DNA of 63,656 nucleotides, the filler included, from Globobulimina sp. (lineage: Eukaryota): assembly GCA_003354225.1 (NCBI GenBank). It is 32 parts of 32 records of this genome, joined end to end, with 100 filler letters (N's around TTAATTAATTAA, not from the genome) between each part and the next. Parts side by side here need not be neighbours in the genome. Positions count along the whole stretch, not along the records: positions 47,832 to 49,722 come from PIVH01010849.1; positions 49,823 to 51,713 come from PIVH01010850.1; positions 51,814 to 53,704 come from PIVH01010851.1; positions 53,805 to 55,695 come from PIVH01010852.1; positions 55,796 to 57,686 come from PIVH01010853.1; positions 57,787 to 59,676 come from PIVH01010854.1; positions 59,777 to 61,666 come from PIVH01010855.1; 25 more parts are not named here. One strand, written 5' to 3'. The number at the start of each line of letters is the position of its first letter. The first letter of the stretch is position 1. Shown here one piece after another: positions 47,832 to 60,051 of this stretch. Under the pieces are notes generated by a model. That model was not told where the DNA came from. It saw only the letters and a program-made list of their open reading frames with translations, and made no database searches. A program made the position numbers and the translations under genes.

Positions 47832-49722
47832 AAGACTTTCTTGTGTGCTGTACTAACCTTATGCGTTACTATACGTTTTTATGGTCCAATGAATAAATAA
47901 TAATTTATGTTGTTGGTCCTTTTGTACAGCCATAGTCTTACAAGTCAACCATCGTTCACTTTCTTTATTTTGTATTGTGTGGTGTTTCCTGTTATTACGT
48001 CAGGGCCATCTGCTTGTTCTCGTCTAAACAAGAAATAGCCGGAAAATCATACAAACGAAATCATGGTGACCACCGAAGCTGAACAAAGCACTCTTTCTTT
48101 GTTGTCCAGCCGTCTGTAAAGAAGAACACCTGTGTCTGTCAGCTAAGTTTCTATTTTTTTTGTTTTTCTTGTAAAGATAGCATTTGTTACTTCCAACATT
48201 GCATCCTTTTTCTGCTAAAACAGAGTTAGACACCTACTAATTGAGTAAAAGGTGCATTAAAAACTAGAGGTTGGCACAGTCACTCTAAGTATATTGCTGT
48301 CTTTCTTGCAAACAAAACAAACAAAAACGTTATATGGAGACAGCTGGGTTGGCAGAAATATTGAGAGAAAGCAACAGTGTGCCCAATTGTTGAATTCACG
48401 GTCTGCTGGGACAGTAAATTACGGTCCGTCTGTTTTTGCACAATTTATGGTCCTTTAATTCAACAATTTACGGTCCAAAAATTTTTTTTGCTTTTTTTTC
48501 AATTTTTTATATTACAGATTCATGAGTGGACAACACGAATTTTTACAGTCAAAATCGGTCAAAACAAGTTGCATCAAATCCGTCAATCAAGGCTTTTGAT
48601 CAACATTCAAATTGGAGTCAACTCAATTTACCCAAGTAAAGGTAAAACATTGATTCTTTGTATACTTGTGCCATACTCTACTGTAGTTCTAAAAGAGTTC
48701 TACACTGACTGCATTCATTCTGTCCTGTAGTATTAAAAGGGTACTACAGAATTTGCATATTGTGGTGTATTCAATCCAGTTTATGCTGCATTTTGCCTGT
48801 AAAGAAATTGCAAGAATTCTGAAATTTTGTGATTTTCTTTCTGTGATATTTTGTGTGATTCTTTTATTGCATAAAATTGTGTACACTGCATACACCTGCA
48901 TTCGTTCTCGTTTGTCGATTTTTTTTATCAAGCTTCAAGAAAAAATTCGATTTTCCAATTTCTCGATTTTTACTCTTCATTGGTAATTTTCGAAACGATT
49001 TTTTGCATTCATTATGTCGTCATTAGGTGGATACAAATCTTCACGCACCAGAGCCAAAAGAGATCTTTTCAAAATCAAAGGTGAAGTCTCTCGTATTGTT
49101 GATCAACGACCAAACATTTCTGCTATCCGTACTGAAGACTTAGGTTCACTTGAAACAGAAGTCGGTGATATTTTTACAAAATTACAGGATAGGTTGGCTA
49201 AATTCGATGTTGCTACTGAAACCGTCAACAAATGCTGCATTGCTACCAAAGATGAAGATGCTCAGGAAGACCTTCAAAAATAAATGGATGATGAGCATGA
49301 CACTATCACAGAATATAGAGACAGTCTCCTTATTCTTCATCGTTTTCATGGTTCTATTCAACAACGAATAACTAATTCACAGCAACCTAGAGCGCCTCCT
49401 CCACCTGTAAAGGTTGAACCAGATCCGGCTCAGTTAGTTCAACTTATCACAGCTGCAGTGGTTACTGCAATGGCGCAATTGCCACCTCCTCCTGCTCCAG
49501 TACATCCTGGTCCAGTTCAACCTGCTGCACATGTTGCTCAAGCTCCAATTCATGTTAAGTTGCCTAAATTTGAAATGCAAAAATTCTCAGGAAACATTCT
49601 TCATTGGAAAGGTTTTTGGGATGAATTCTCATCGGCAGTCCATGATATTCCCGGTATGTCGGCAATTAACAAATTTCATTATTTGAAAGCTCAACTGGGA
49701 GGAGATGCCCTTAAGACGGTCT
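47832..49722 (+). mobile_element. BEL/Pao LTR retrotransposon 5' region with gag (DUF1759) from 49014, interrupted by TAA at 49281-49283
   Basis: VKLPKFEMQKFSGNILHWKGFWDEFSSAVH..NKFHYLKAQLGGDA; PBS-like TGGTCCTT near 48448. Confidence 0.8.
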
Positions 49723-49863
49723 NNNNNNNNNNNNNNNNNNNNNNNNNNNNNNNNNNNNNNNNNNNNTTAATTAATTAANNNNNNNNNNNNNNNNNNNNNN
49801 NNNNNNNNNNNNNNNNNNNNNNCAAAATTAAATAAAAATGCGCATGCATCAACACCTAAACCA

Positions 49864-51713
49864 ATGGAAATTTGTAATGATAAATTAAAAATATTACCTG
49901 TTAAAAATGTGGAACCATCCATATTTTTGGTTGACGGATACATTCGAAAACAGACATTTAAAATGAATATTTTACCAGAAATAAATAATTTAATATATTC
50001 CTTTTACCAAAAGATGAATGGAACCTCGATTGTATGGAAAATAAACAATATTGATACCTTATTAAATAACACCAACCAAAACGATTTTAAATCATTTGAG
50101 AGCAACGTATATCCGATACATACGTCATTCCAACACTTATCAAAATCGCAACAATTTCTAAACAATTCACCATTCAAAGTGTATTTAAAAATACATTTTG
50201 ATGATGGAATGTTTACATTTTATATCGTGTTGGTATCAATTCCATCAATATTGGATCACATACATTTTATGTATCAATTATATTGCACGGAATTAAATAA
50301 TTACTGGTCGTGTAATGACCATTTATTTTATAAAGACTCATTATGTAAATTACTAAATAATGATCATCCTTTTTCTTCAAACGAATCAAATCCGGATATA
50401 TCCATAAATGATTTAAAACTATTAAATATAACTTCGTTGACATTTTATTGTTCATTGGATATTATAAATATTGATTTCGGAGATAAACATAAATATAATT
50501 TATCATATTGTCATAAGCACAGTTCTCATCTTGAAAATAATGGACAACTTTTAAACAATTTTGATATGAAATATGATGAGTTTAGATTTCAATGGAATAT
50601 AAATAACCACATATTAAATGACTTAAAATCCGTTAATATTAACAAAATGAATAAATATATTGTCAGTGATATATATTTTAATATGTGGTCGTTATCATTG
50701 ACAGTGCAATATGACGAAAATAATAAGCATTCGATATCAATTCAAATTGGTTTGGAACTCTGTGTTTTACCATCAAATATCAGCGGATTAATAATTGAAT
50801 TAAAATTATCGACTAATTCGAATGTGTTATCATTAAATAAATGTTCCCGATCATCAATACAAACATTTAATTATGATTTAAAAACATATAAAACTGATAA
50901 TATTAACATGGAAATAAATAATTTAAATGAATTAAATATTTTTGCGCATTTAAATGTAATTGAATCATTTGATGTGAATGAGGAAGAAATATCATTTAAA
51001 GTTCAAAAGAGATGGTTTGAAAAACAAAAAAGAATAAAAAACCTGCCAATTTCTACCAAATATTATGATTTCGAACCGCCAGTTACTGGAAAGTTAGACG
51101 ATAGGCAATATTTTCAACATATTTCTATGGATAAACGATTTGATGAGATATCTTTGGAAGAAATCCGATTTCAAGACACTAAAAAAGCTAAACATCGTTC
51201 AAAAGCTGCCATAAAAAAAAGTTCTGTAATATATTAATCAATGTCATACAAAATGTATAAATGTTTTTTTTTGCAGGAAAAAAGTTAACAGCTAAAAAAG
51301 CAAAAGCAGCACAACCACCAAACAGTGGTACAGTTGGATGGGTATTTAAACCGCACCGCGAATATCATCCGAAAAAAAAGAAAATCTTTCTTTATCAGCA
51401 TATTTGCGTTGGAGAAGACAATGCTGTGTTTAATGATAAATCAACGGAAGAATTACGATTTGAGGATATAAATAATACGGAACCAGATATAAATAATGTA
51501 GATACCGGCAATGGTAATGATAATAACATAGATAAAGATGGATCAAATTATGTGGGTATTATTTTGTGTGTATTGTGTGTGTTGGCATCATTATCCATTG
51601 CAGTCTTTGCATTTTCTTATATATGTTCTTTCAACATCGACATGAATCATATAATGAATGTTTTGTTCTCTGTTTATGTGAAATATTTAATAATGGCAAT
51701 ATGTATATGTATG
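49864..51713 (+). CDS. MATH-like domains plus two GLEBS-like motifs and C-terminal TM; intron 51221-51276; 3' partial
   Basis: SIVWKINN, FQWNINN..SDIYFNMWSLSL; FQHISM..ISLEEIRFQD and YQHICV..KSTEELRFED. Confidence 0.65.
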
Positions 51714-51813
51714 NNNNNNNNNNNNNNNNNNNNNNNNNNNNNNNNNNNNNNNNNNNNTTAATTAATTAANNNNNNNNNNNNNNNNNNNNNNNNNNNNNNN
51801 NNNNNNNNNNNNN

Positions 51814-52711
51814 CAGAATGATGCTAAAGCAATGATCTGTCATTGCATTGGCTTTGCAGACCATACAGAATGTTTTAACCATGATATTGGTGTCGAATAC
51901 GCACAAATGGGCTTTGTCGTATTTATGTTGGACTGGCAAGGACACGGTCGATCTGATGGAGATTTCATACATATTCAAGATTTTGATGTCGATATTGTTG
52001 ATCAAGCAATTTGGGCGTTTGATTATGCAATAAAAAAACATATAAAATCACATGAAATCTATGCTGACACAATACATAAAAATAATAACTATTTCCTAAG
52101 GTATGCATGCATTAAATATTAATGTGATATATATCTGAAACATAAACAGCGGTACGTCAATGGGGGGAGCTATTGCTATTAAAATTGCTTTGAAAGCAGC
52201 AAATGATTGGAAAGGATTAGTTACTGTTTGCCCGATGGTGGCAATCAAAGAGGAGGCAAAACCACCCAGAATGGCTCTGTGGTGTATGATAAATTGCTGT
52301 TTGCCATGCTGTCCCAAAGCGAAAATCATTCCAAATACAGACACGCCGGAAAACTTAACGACTGATGCGGAGATAAGAAAAAGTATTGAGAGTAATCCCA
52401 TTTTTTATGGACAGCCATTGTCGTTGGTTACTGGATGGAATTTATTGAATGTCACAGAAACCATTCAATTGGAAAGGGGTAAATTGACATTGCCATTGTT
52501 TATTTGTCATGGGGATGATGATAATTTGACGGATTGTGAAATGAGTAAAGTATTTTATGAAAGCTGTGGATGTAAAGATAATGATAAAATGATAAAAATA
52601 TATGAAGGGAAAGGGCATGTATTGTATGAGGAAGAACCGCGTGTCTTTGAAGATGCAGTTGCATGGATGTTAGAGAGAATGGCACGTTGTACTTCAGAAC
52701 AAACAAAATAA
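51814..52711 (+). CDS. Alpha/beta hydrolase (monoacylglycerol lipase/Hydrolase_4-like); intron 52101-52149; 5' partial
   Basis: DWQGHGRSDG, spliced GTSMGG nucleophile motif, HGDDDNL, YEGKGHVL. Confidence 0.88.
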
Positions 52712-52961
52712 TGATCTTGCTTGCAAATTTGTAATATTTATACTATTTAATTAACATTATTACCACTGGGGGGGTTTAAATGTTTTTTTATTGTTCAGAA
52801 CAGTATCTTGCCACAGCATTATGCAGCATTTAAATAGTGTCGTTTCATTGTTAACATCATTACAAATTAGATATGAAGGTAGGATAACAGCTATATCAGC
52901 GGAGCAATGTTGCATCCAACTGGATCATAGTACGTATATATAATGTGTTGGTAATGATAAT

Positions 52962-53704
52962 TTGTTAAAGTGTAGTTCTATAAAACAAACAGTGATATTC
53001 CAAGGGTTGGAAGGCAGAGAGCCTCCAGAACCGGTTGAATCACTCAAACATTCTGATCCGAAAGATGTCAAATCAATGCGGTTCGTCGCAAATGAGATAT
53101 TTAGTATAAATCTACTAAATAGCAATGGTGAATTGAGCCAGTTGCAAACTGACATAACATGTGATATTATGAATTTATTTGTTGACAATGAGAATAAAGA
53201 AAGTGATGTGGATATTGATAATACAAACTACTTATTTGCCATTGGATTAATCGCAGACCCACAATATGCTGACACTCCGTCAAGATTCAATTACACAAAA
53301 ACACGGATAAGAAGATACAGAAATGGATCAAACATCGTCAAAAACGCGATTAAAACATGGAATGAAAGCGATAATCCATTGTTAGTTATTTGTTTAGGAG
53401 ATATTATTGACGGTTTAAATAAAAAAAGAAACACATCTGCAAAATGTATGAAATATATGTTGTCAGAATTCAATAAGTTAAAGTTTGAAGCATCAGATTC
53501 ATTGCAATTGATAGAGAATATAATGAAACATCCATTGAATGAACATTGTATTGAAGAGAAGAAAGAAAATAATGATTTTATTGCGAGATTCCCGTTTTTT
53601 CAAAATGTGATTGGAAATCATGAATTATACAATTTTAATCAACAAGAATTGATGGAATATTTTTATTCGCCACAGACAAACAGCAAAACATGGAATTGCT
53701 CAAA
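52962..53704 (+). CDS. ADPRM: Mn-dependent ADP-ribose/CDP-alcohol diphosphatase-like metallophosphoesterase; start uncertain; 3' partial
   Basis: GLIADPQYAD, RRYRN, LGDIIDG, GNHELYNF. Confidence 0.8.
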
Positions 53705-53884
53705 NNNNNNNNNNNNNNNNNNNNNNNNNNNNNNNNNNNNNNNNNNNNTTAATTAATTAANNNNNNNNNNNNNNNNNNNNNNNNNNNNNNNNNNNNNNNN
53801 NNNNAGCAAAAAGCGTTTTTGAACAGCAAAAAAAATCAGTACTTATCGGAGAGGCCTAATGAAACCTTGCACAATGAAAGAATG

Positions 53885-54392
53885 TTATGAATCTTGAATG
53901 GTTTCATAAGAATATTCATATTCTTCTTCGTTCATCTCTTCATTATCATCCACGTATTCCCATTCTCCAAATGCATTCTCATTATCTACATACCCATCAT
54001 CATCATCATCATGTTCCTCCTCATCCTCACTGTGTTCACCAATGATATAATATGGATCTATGAGATGTTCAACGAATATTCTATATCCATACATGTTAAT
54101 TTCACATTGGCATTCTGCTATTTTGTCAGGATCCAATGCAATATAACATATAGTATATGTGCCAAGAATAGAACAAAACACCATTGTTAAAAATGGGAAA
54201 TGGTGCACTTCGAAACTTGCATTGGCGATTTTGTGTTGCATCCTACTCATATCTCGTTTCAATGCATACACTTGTATTGGTAAACGTTTTCTTGGTTCTG
54301 ATGAACTTAATGCTGTCCTATAACATATCCTTGTTAATGTTCGGCCATTCATTTACAGCAAGATTTTAATTTCTATAATACCTTTTCTTCAT
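53885..54392 (-). CDS. Single-TM hypothetical protein with acidic tail
   Basis: ORF with one hydrophobic segment and D/E-rich end; start uncertain. Confidence 0.4.
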
Positions 54393-54592
54393 TAATCAAA
54401 ATCCGATTTAAATAACAATGTCAGACGAATGGTGGCTTTTCCCTCATTCACCCGCATCAAACTTAGCAAGTTCTAGCAGTGTATGTGTAATACATTTACA
54501 CACCATTTGTACATAATACATTTACAATTGTTTGTAGTAACTTTGTACATAATATACTATTTTTAAAGGCATTTATTGCATTTGGTCACAAT

Positions 54593-55150
54593 TTGTGTTT
54601 AATATTATTTGTATGTTACAAAAACAAAATGCATGGCATAGAATTAGCCAATATGCCTTCATTAATGAAGCCACTGTATACAGTCACAATGTTCACCTAT
54701 TTTTGCCTTTTATTTTTTACTATTGCTGTTATATTAACCTCGAGCTCTGTCAAAGAGATCTATGAAGCAGTAACCTGTACATATGCCATATACGCAGTGG
54801 TGAGCACTTATTCATTTTCAAAATACAGCTTATGGTTGTTCAGTTTGACCCGCATTTATCTCATATTTAATGTTGACGTAGTAAAAGCATTAGGATATTC
54901 TACATTAGGATATTCTGATAATATATTTTTTGCAGTATTTGGCTGTATTGCGACCAGAATACCCAAGGGAACTACCGATGAGATCACATTATCGCAACAT
55001 ATGGGAGAGAACGGAGCGGCCCATTCAACCATAACTATGGTTATTCATTCGTGTACAAATAATGAATCAACCAAAGCTGAATTAAGTGCCATACCGAGAA
55101 CACCGCCCAAATTGTATAAAAAATGTTGTTGTATTATATATATATTGTAA
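54593..55150 (+). CDS. Multi-TM (GPCR-like?) fragment
   Basis: Hydrophobic helices; LWLFSLTRIYLIF. Confidence 0.3.
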   Translation: MCLILFVCYKNKMHGIELANMPSLMKPLYTVTMFTYFCLLFFTIAVILTSSSVKEIYEAVTCTYAIYAVVSTYSFSKYSLWLFSLTRIYLIFNVDVVKALGYSTLGYSDNIFFAVFGCIATRIPKGTTDEITLSQHMGENGAAHSTITMVIHSCTNNESTKAELSAIPRTPPKLYKKCCCIIYIL

Positions 55151-55795
55151 TTTTCATTCAGAAAAATACATTTGATGATTATGCAGATTTTTATACTGAA
55201 ACGGAAACGTTTTTGATTTTCTGTACCTGTTTGTATTTTGTGTATGTTCTTCGTTTTATTTGTGTGTTTATTAGACGAAATCCATTGTAAAGTTATGTTT
55301 TCTTTTTTTCCCTGTTAATTGTACATGTTTTTTGGTGCTAGTTGGCATTTGAGACCATAAGCATGTACAAATTATGTTGGAGTTTTATTTTTCGACCTTT
55401 TCACCGATTTGAGAACTTTGCATTTGATTTGAATTTCTCAATATCTAGAACACCACATCAAGCAAAATCTGACCATGCTGATGTCATAGCATTTGATAAT
55501 GATTGGCTCCATACAACCAAAGACTTTGTGCTGCAAACCAAAGACAAACATCTAAAATTAAAAAACATTATTTCCTTCAGTAAATCTTAAACGTTTTATT
55601 TCGCAACAATGGCAGAATCGAAATTCGATTTATGTGCATTAGTAGCAGCATGCAGAGACTTAGCGACTCGGTCCGCAACCTTAATATCAACTATCNNNNN
55701 NNNNNNNNNNNNNNNNNNNNNNNNNNNNNNNNNNNNNNNTTAATTAATTAANNNNNNNNNNNNNNNNNNNNNNNNNNNNNNNNNNNNNNNNNNNN

Positions 55796-57261
55796 TCGTT
55801 AATGCATAAATGGGCCATATTGCCTCACATCCACCACCATAAATTATATAAACAGTACATTGCTCTGAAAGACGAATGGCTCCCGAAAGAGCAACAAACA
55901 ACTAACAATATAACCATTTGGACAGATCCATTTGACACAGTAACACACTCCCATGAACTCAGACCATTAATCGTCCAAAAGCAACATATGAAAATAATCC
56001 ATAAATTGAACAACTTCCACCCCATCAAAATCCTAAAACATACCACCAATAACTACAAACCAATGAATATCTACGAAGCGAATGAATTAGCTGAATATGT
56101 AAAAGATCCAATGGTAGTAATGTATCGCGAACTGTTCTACAACTTTAACACCAAAAATAATCATTGTAACCTATGCAGAGTAAATACTGCCTTCCCCATT
56201 GAATACCATTTGGCAGTACGATGTCCGATATTAAACACCATCCGCCACGAGTACTGGAACCATGCTGCCTTCACCTTTTCAAAAAGTGGAGCTGCCATTA
56301 ACCGCATCCACCATCATCTTTACATGCAGCGCTTAATAGAAATGTGTGATAATGTTAACTTGCATAAAACAGAATTCTGGAAAGTAGTCTGTGGTGCCAA
56401 CCATTATAATAATGACACAAAAAGTTTCGAATATAAACACAGACAAATCAACATTACCGCTCCGAAATACACCCTCTACAATGATGTCCTCTCCCAATCC
56501 CATAGATGGATATCCAATGTATTACAAATCAACAGCAACAAAAGCACCATAAGACGAGTTCGCTCCAAACACAACATAGTTCCTTCCAGAACGATCATGT
56601 TCCACATCCGCAATGATAACCTTAATGAGTGGCATAATTATCAACATAAATTAAGACCCAATGACCTCATAATCGCAACTGATTCCTCCCATGACCCCCA
56701 CACAAACACCACAGGCATCGGTATATGTATTATCGACCAAAAAACAATACACTGCTTCTCGCAGCCGATTGGCGCCCAATCCAACCACTATGGGGAACTA
56801 CATGCAATTCACAAATCCAAATTCCTGCTGAATTACCACAACATTAATACTGCAAACCGGAGAATATTAATATTTACTGATTCGTTGTTCAACTTCATTC
56901 CCCTCATAATAACGCCAAAAAAACTGAGAACAAACCCAATCTCCACCCTCTTCAAAAACACACAAAAATACATAAAAAATCTAAATATATTGCTTTGGAA
57001 GGTAAAATCACACACCAAACCCCGGCAACAACCCTTCAATCAGATAGCTGACATCCTCGCGGAGATCGGACGTAACCACCCAAACAATTCCTGTTTCATC
57101 ACTGCCAATCTCAATTCAATAAGATATGCAAAATCCAAATCTTTCCACTATCCAAGGGGTATCAAGCCCCATCAACTTTATATCCTCGCCGGGATGTTTA
57201 AGCAATCGGTGAGTATGGAGCCAGACTTAGATCCTGGCTGAATGTGGCCCCACTACTACTA
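55796..57261 (+). mobile_element. Non-LTR retrotransposon (L1-like) 3' end: CCHC then RNase H, stop at 57241, short (CTA)n tail
   Basis: CNLC..EYHLAVRCP; IATDSS, GELHAI, IFTDS, KVKSH, NQIADILA; C-terminal DPG*. Confidence 0.8.
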
Positions 57262-57264
57262 GAT

Positions 57265-57686
57265 ATGGCAACAGAAGAAAAGGAAGAAAAGAAACTAAAC
57301 CCAACAGCATTATTTAGTGATATCTCGTCTTTTAATGCATCCTCTAAACTCAAAAAATCAAAGAAACGCAAGAAGATTGTTACCAAACCAAGAGATCAAT
57401 TATATACGATTGATAATACAAAAAGAAACGACACGAAACGATTATTAATTATTGATTTCCAAACAAATTGGTATGATCAATTTAAAAATGCTGCTTTAAA
57501 AGATGGGACACCAATAATAATTGAACAGACACAATGGCCATTGATTGATATTGAAACATCCTCCAATAAGAATGAGAAAATTATTGTTGAATTAAAACCA
57601 AATAAACACATTCCAAACCCATACAGAACAAATAAGACAGATGGAATTATAAAATTTAAACCAGATTTTTTATTAATTCGGAGTTT
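57265..57686 (+). CDS. Synapsin-like protein N-terminal (pre-ATP-grasp) domain with WH2-like motif; 3' partial
   Basis: LLIIDFQTNWYDQF..IEQTQW..FKPDFLLIR parallels synapsin LLVID..DWAKYF..VEQAEF..KPDFVLIR. Confidence 0.7.
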
Positions 57687-57788
57687 NNNNNNNNNNNNNN
57701 NNNNNNNNNNNNNNNNNNNNNNNNNNNNNNTTAATTAATTAANNNNNNNNNNNNNNNNNNNNNNNNNNNNNNNNNNNNNNNNNNNNAA

Positions 57789-59676
57789 TTGAAAAACAGT
57801 CACATTATTAAATTACCCAATATTAAGAATCATTGGTTATGCATTAAATTATTTTGGTCATTTAAAGATGCAAATTATTTCTATTTTATTTCAGAATATT
57901 GTTACGGTGGAAATTTAACACGAATTTTAATAAAAGAAGACATTCTCTCTGAACCAGTCACAAAATTTTATATTTCTCAATGTTTATCAGCCCTCAATTA
58001 TTTACATGAAAATAATATCATTTACAAACACTTAAAACCAAATAATATTTTAATTTACAAGAATGGCCATATTAAATTAAGTGATATTTCGTTAGAATCA
58101 ATTATTACAAATAAAATCATTAAAAAATATGCAAAAAACAATAAAAAGAAACATAAGAACGATAGCAATAAATTTAACAACAATAATAATAATTATTATA
58201 ATTCACCCAAACATTCTAAACATAATACATTTGCATCAAATTATATTTCATATGAAATATTAAATAAAAATAATAATACTACTAACTGTGATTGGTGGTC
58301 ATTAGGTATTATTTTATTTGAATGTGTCGTCGGTTACCCACCATTTTACAGTTTGAATGAGATTGAAATACTACACAAAATTATAAATTTTTCACTCTCC
58401 CAAGATATAAATTCCATTATTCCAAAACAAGCCGATTTAAGTGGTTCATGCATAGCAATTATATCCATATTATTAAACAGCTCACAATTTAATTTCAACC
58501 AAATCAAAAAACATTTGTTTTTCAAACGCATTCCATGGAATAACTTAAAATCAATGAAACCGCCATGGACTCCAAAGTTGAATGATAATAAACCTGACAA
58601 TATCCGATATTTTAAAGATGAAGTGGATGATAGCAAATTGTGTCTGATTAACAGTGCCTCATTAACTACGCCGCTCTCTTCATCCGCTGCCTTATTAAAA
58701 CAATTTGAGTTTAAATTGGATAATACATATTTAGATTTTAAAGGATATATAAATAACAATATAATGCCTAGTATTGAGTCAATAAATTGCACCGATTTAT
58801 TAAATCAATATTGGTTTCATATAAAAATGCAAAGCAATGCTGATATTACAAATAAATACCAGCTATATCCGAAATATTGCACTACAAAAACAATGGAGAA
58901 TGAATACTATTTGACCGTAGATTTAGGATATAATTTTTCAAAGAAATATCTGAGGCGAAAGCCATTGAATATATTGTTGGCGATGGATATTTCCGGTTCA
59001 ATGTGCTATCATTTTAATGGCGGAATATTATTTGGTGAAGAAAATAAAATGAAAATAACTCAAAAAGCAGTGGTTACATTGTTGAATAGTTTGCAGCCAA
59101 TGGATAGGTTCGGAATGGTGACATTTTCAAATGATATCACTGTGATTCAGGCAATAAAATATAAAAAAGATATAAATATAAGCAAATTGGAGAAGATTAT
59201 ATATGACATAACAGAGAAAGGTGCCGCTGATTTTGAGAATGCATACAGAAAATGCACGCACTTATTTGATGGGTTTGGATTATATGGTCAGCGATATGAG
59301 AATAGAATGATTTTCTTGACAGATGATAATAATATTAATATACAAGCAAAATTATTGGATTTGATTAGAAAATATGCAGAAAATAAGAATCTGAAATGTA
59401 TATTTACCACATTTATATTTATTGGAATCGATGATGTTATTCATGAAATATCTGAAATTTGTGGATGTAATTATTTTATTGTTAAATCGTCAAACGAGTT
59501 TATGCAGAAAATGGATGTTGAATGGTTGGAATATATGGTAAATCCGTTGTTATTTAATATTTCTATAACGATAAATTGTAATCGATTATGGAAAATTGAT
59601 AAAGTGTATGGATATGGATTTGAATCAGTGGATGATAAAAATATGATAAGTAAAATTAAAAATGTATTTAAAACAG
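57789..59676 (+). CDS. AGC (NDR-like) pseudokinase fused to VWA domain; partial at both ends
   Basis: EYCYGG, GHIKLSD, CDWWSLGIILFECVVGYPPF, PPWTP; then LNILLAMDISGSM, DRFGMVTF, RMIFLTD. Confidence 0.75.
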
Positions 59677-60051
59677 NNNNNNNNNNNNNNNNNNNNNNNN
59701 NNNNNNNNNNNNNNNNNNNNTTAATTAATTAANNNNNNNNNNNNNNNNNNNNNNNNNNNNNNNNNNNNNNNNNNNNTTTTTTTATAATTTGTGTGTCTAT
59801 ATTTGAGCAGAATACACCAATTAATATCTCACTGTAGATACAACTCACTGCAGACACAACTATTGAGCTAATTTGTTGTGGTGAACGAACAACTCCAAAA
59901 GTTGAACTCCGATCACCACAATATATTATTCTCAAATAAATGAAATAAATTAAATGCCAGTCTTATTTGGATTTAGTTTAGTACATTCGTAGATTTGTAA
60001 TTTTTGAAGTGAGAAAATCTAAAACTTTTGAAAAACTTGCTGACAATCACA

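Noticed and set aside
49281-49283. TAA-to-Gln code or programmed read-through
   Set aside because: Single case in a retroelement; TAA is the usual stop in intact genes (ADH, ABCC, LDHD), so a nonsense mutation is simpler
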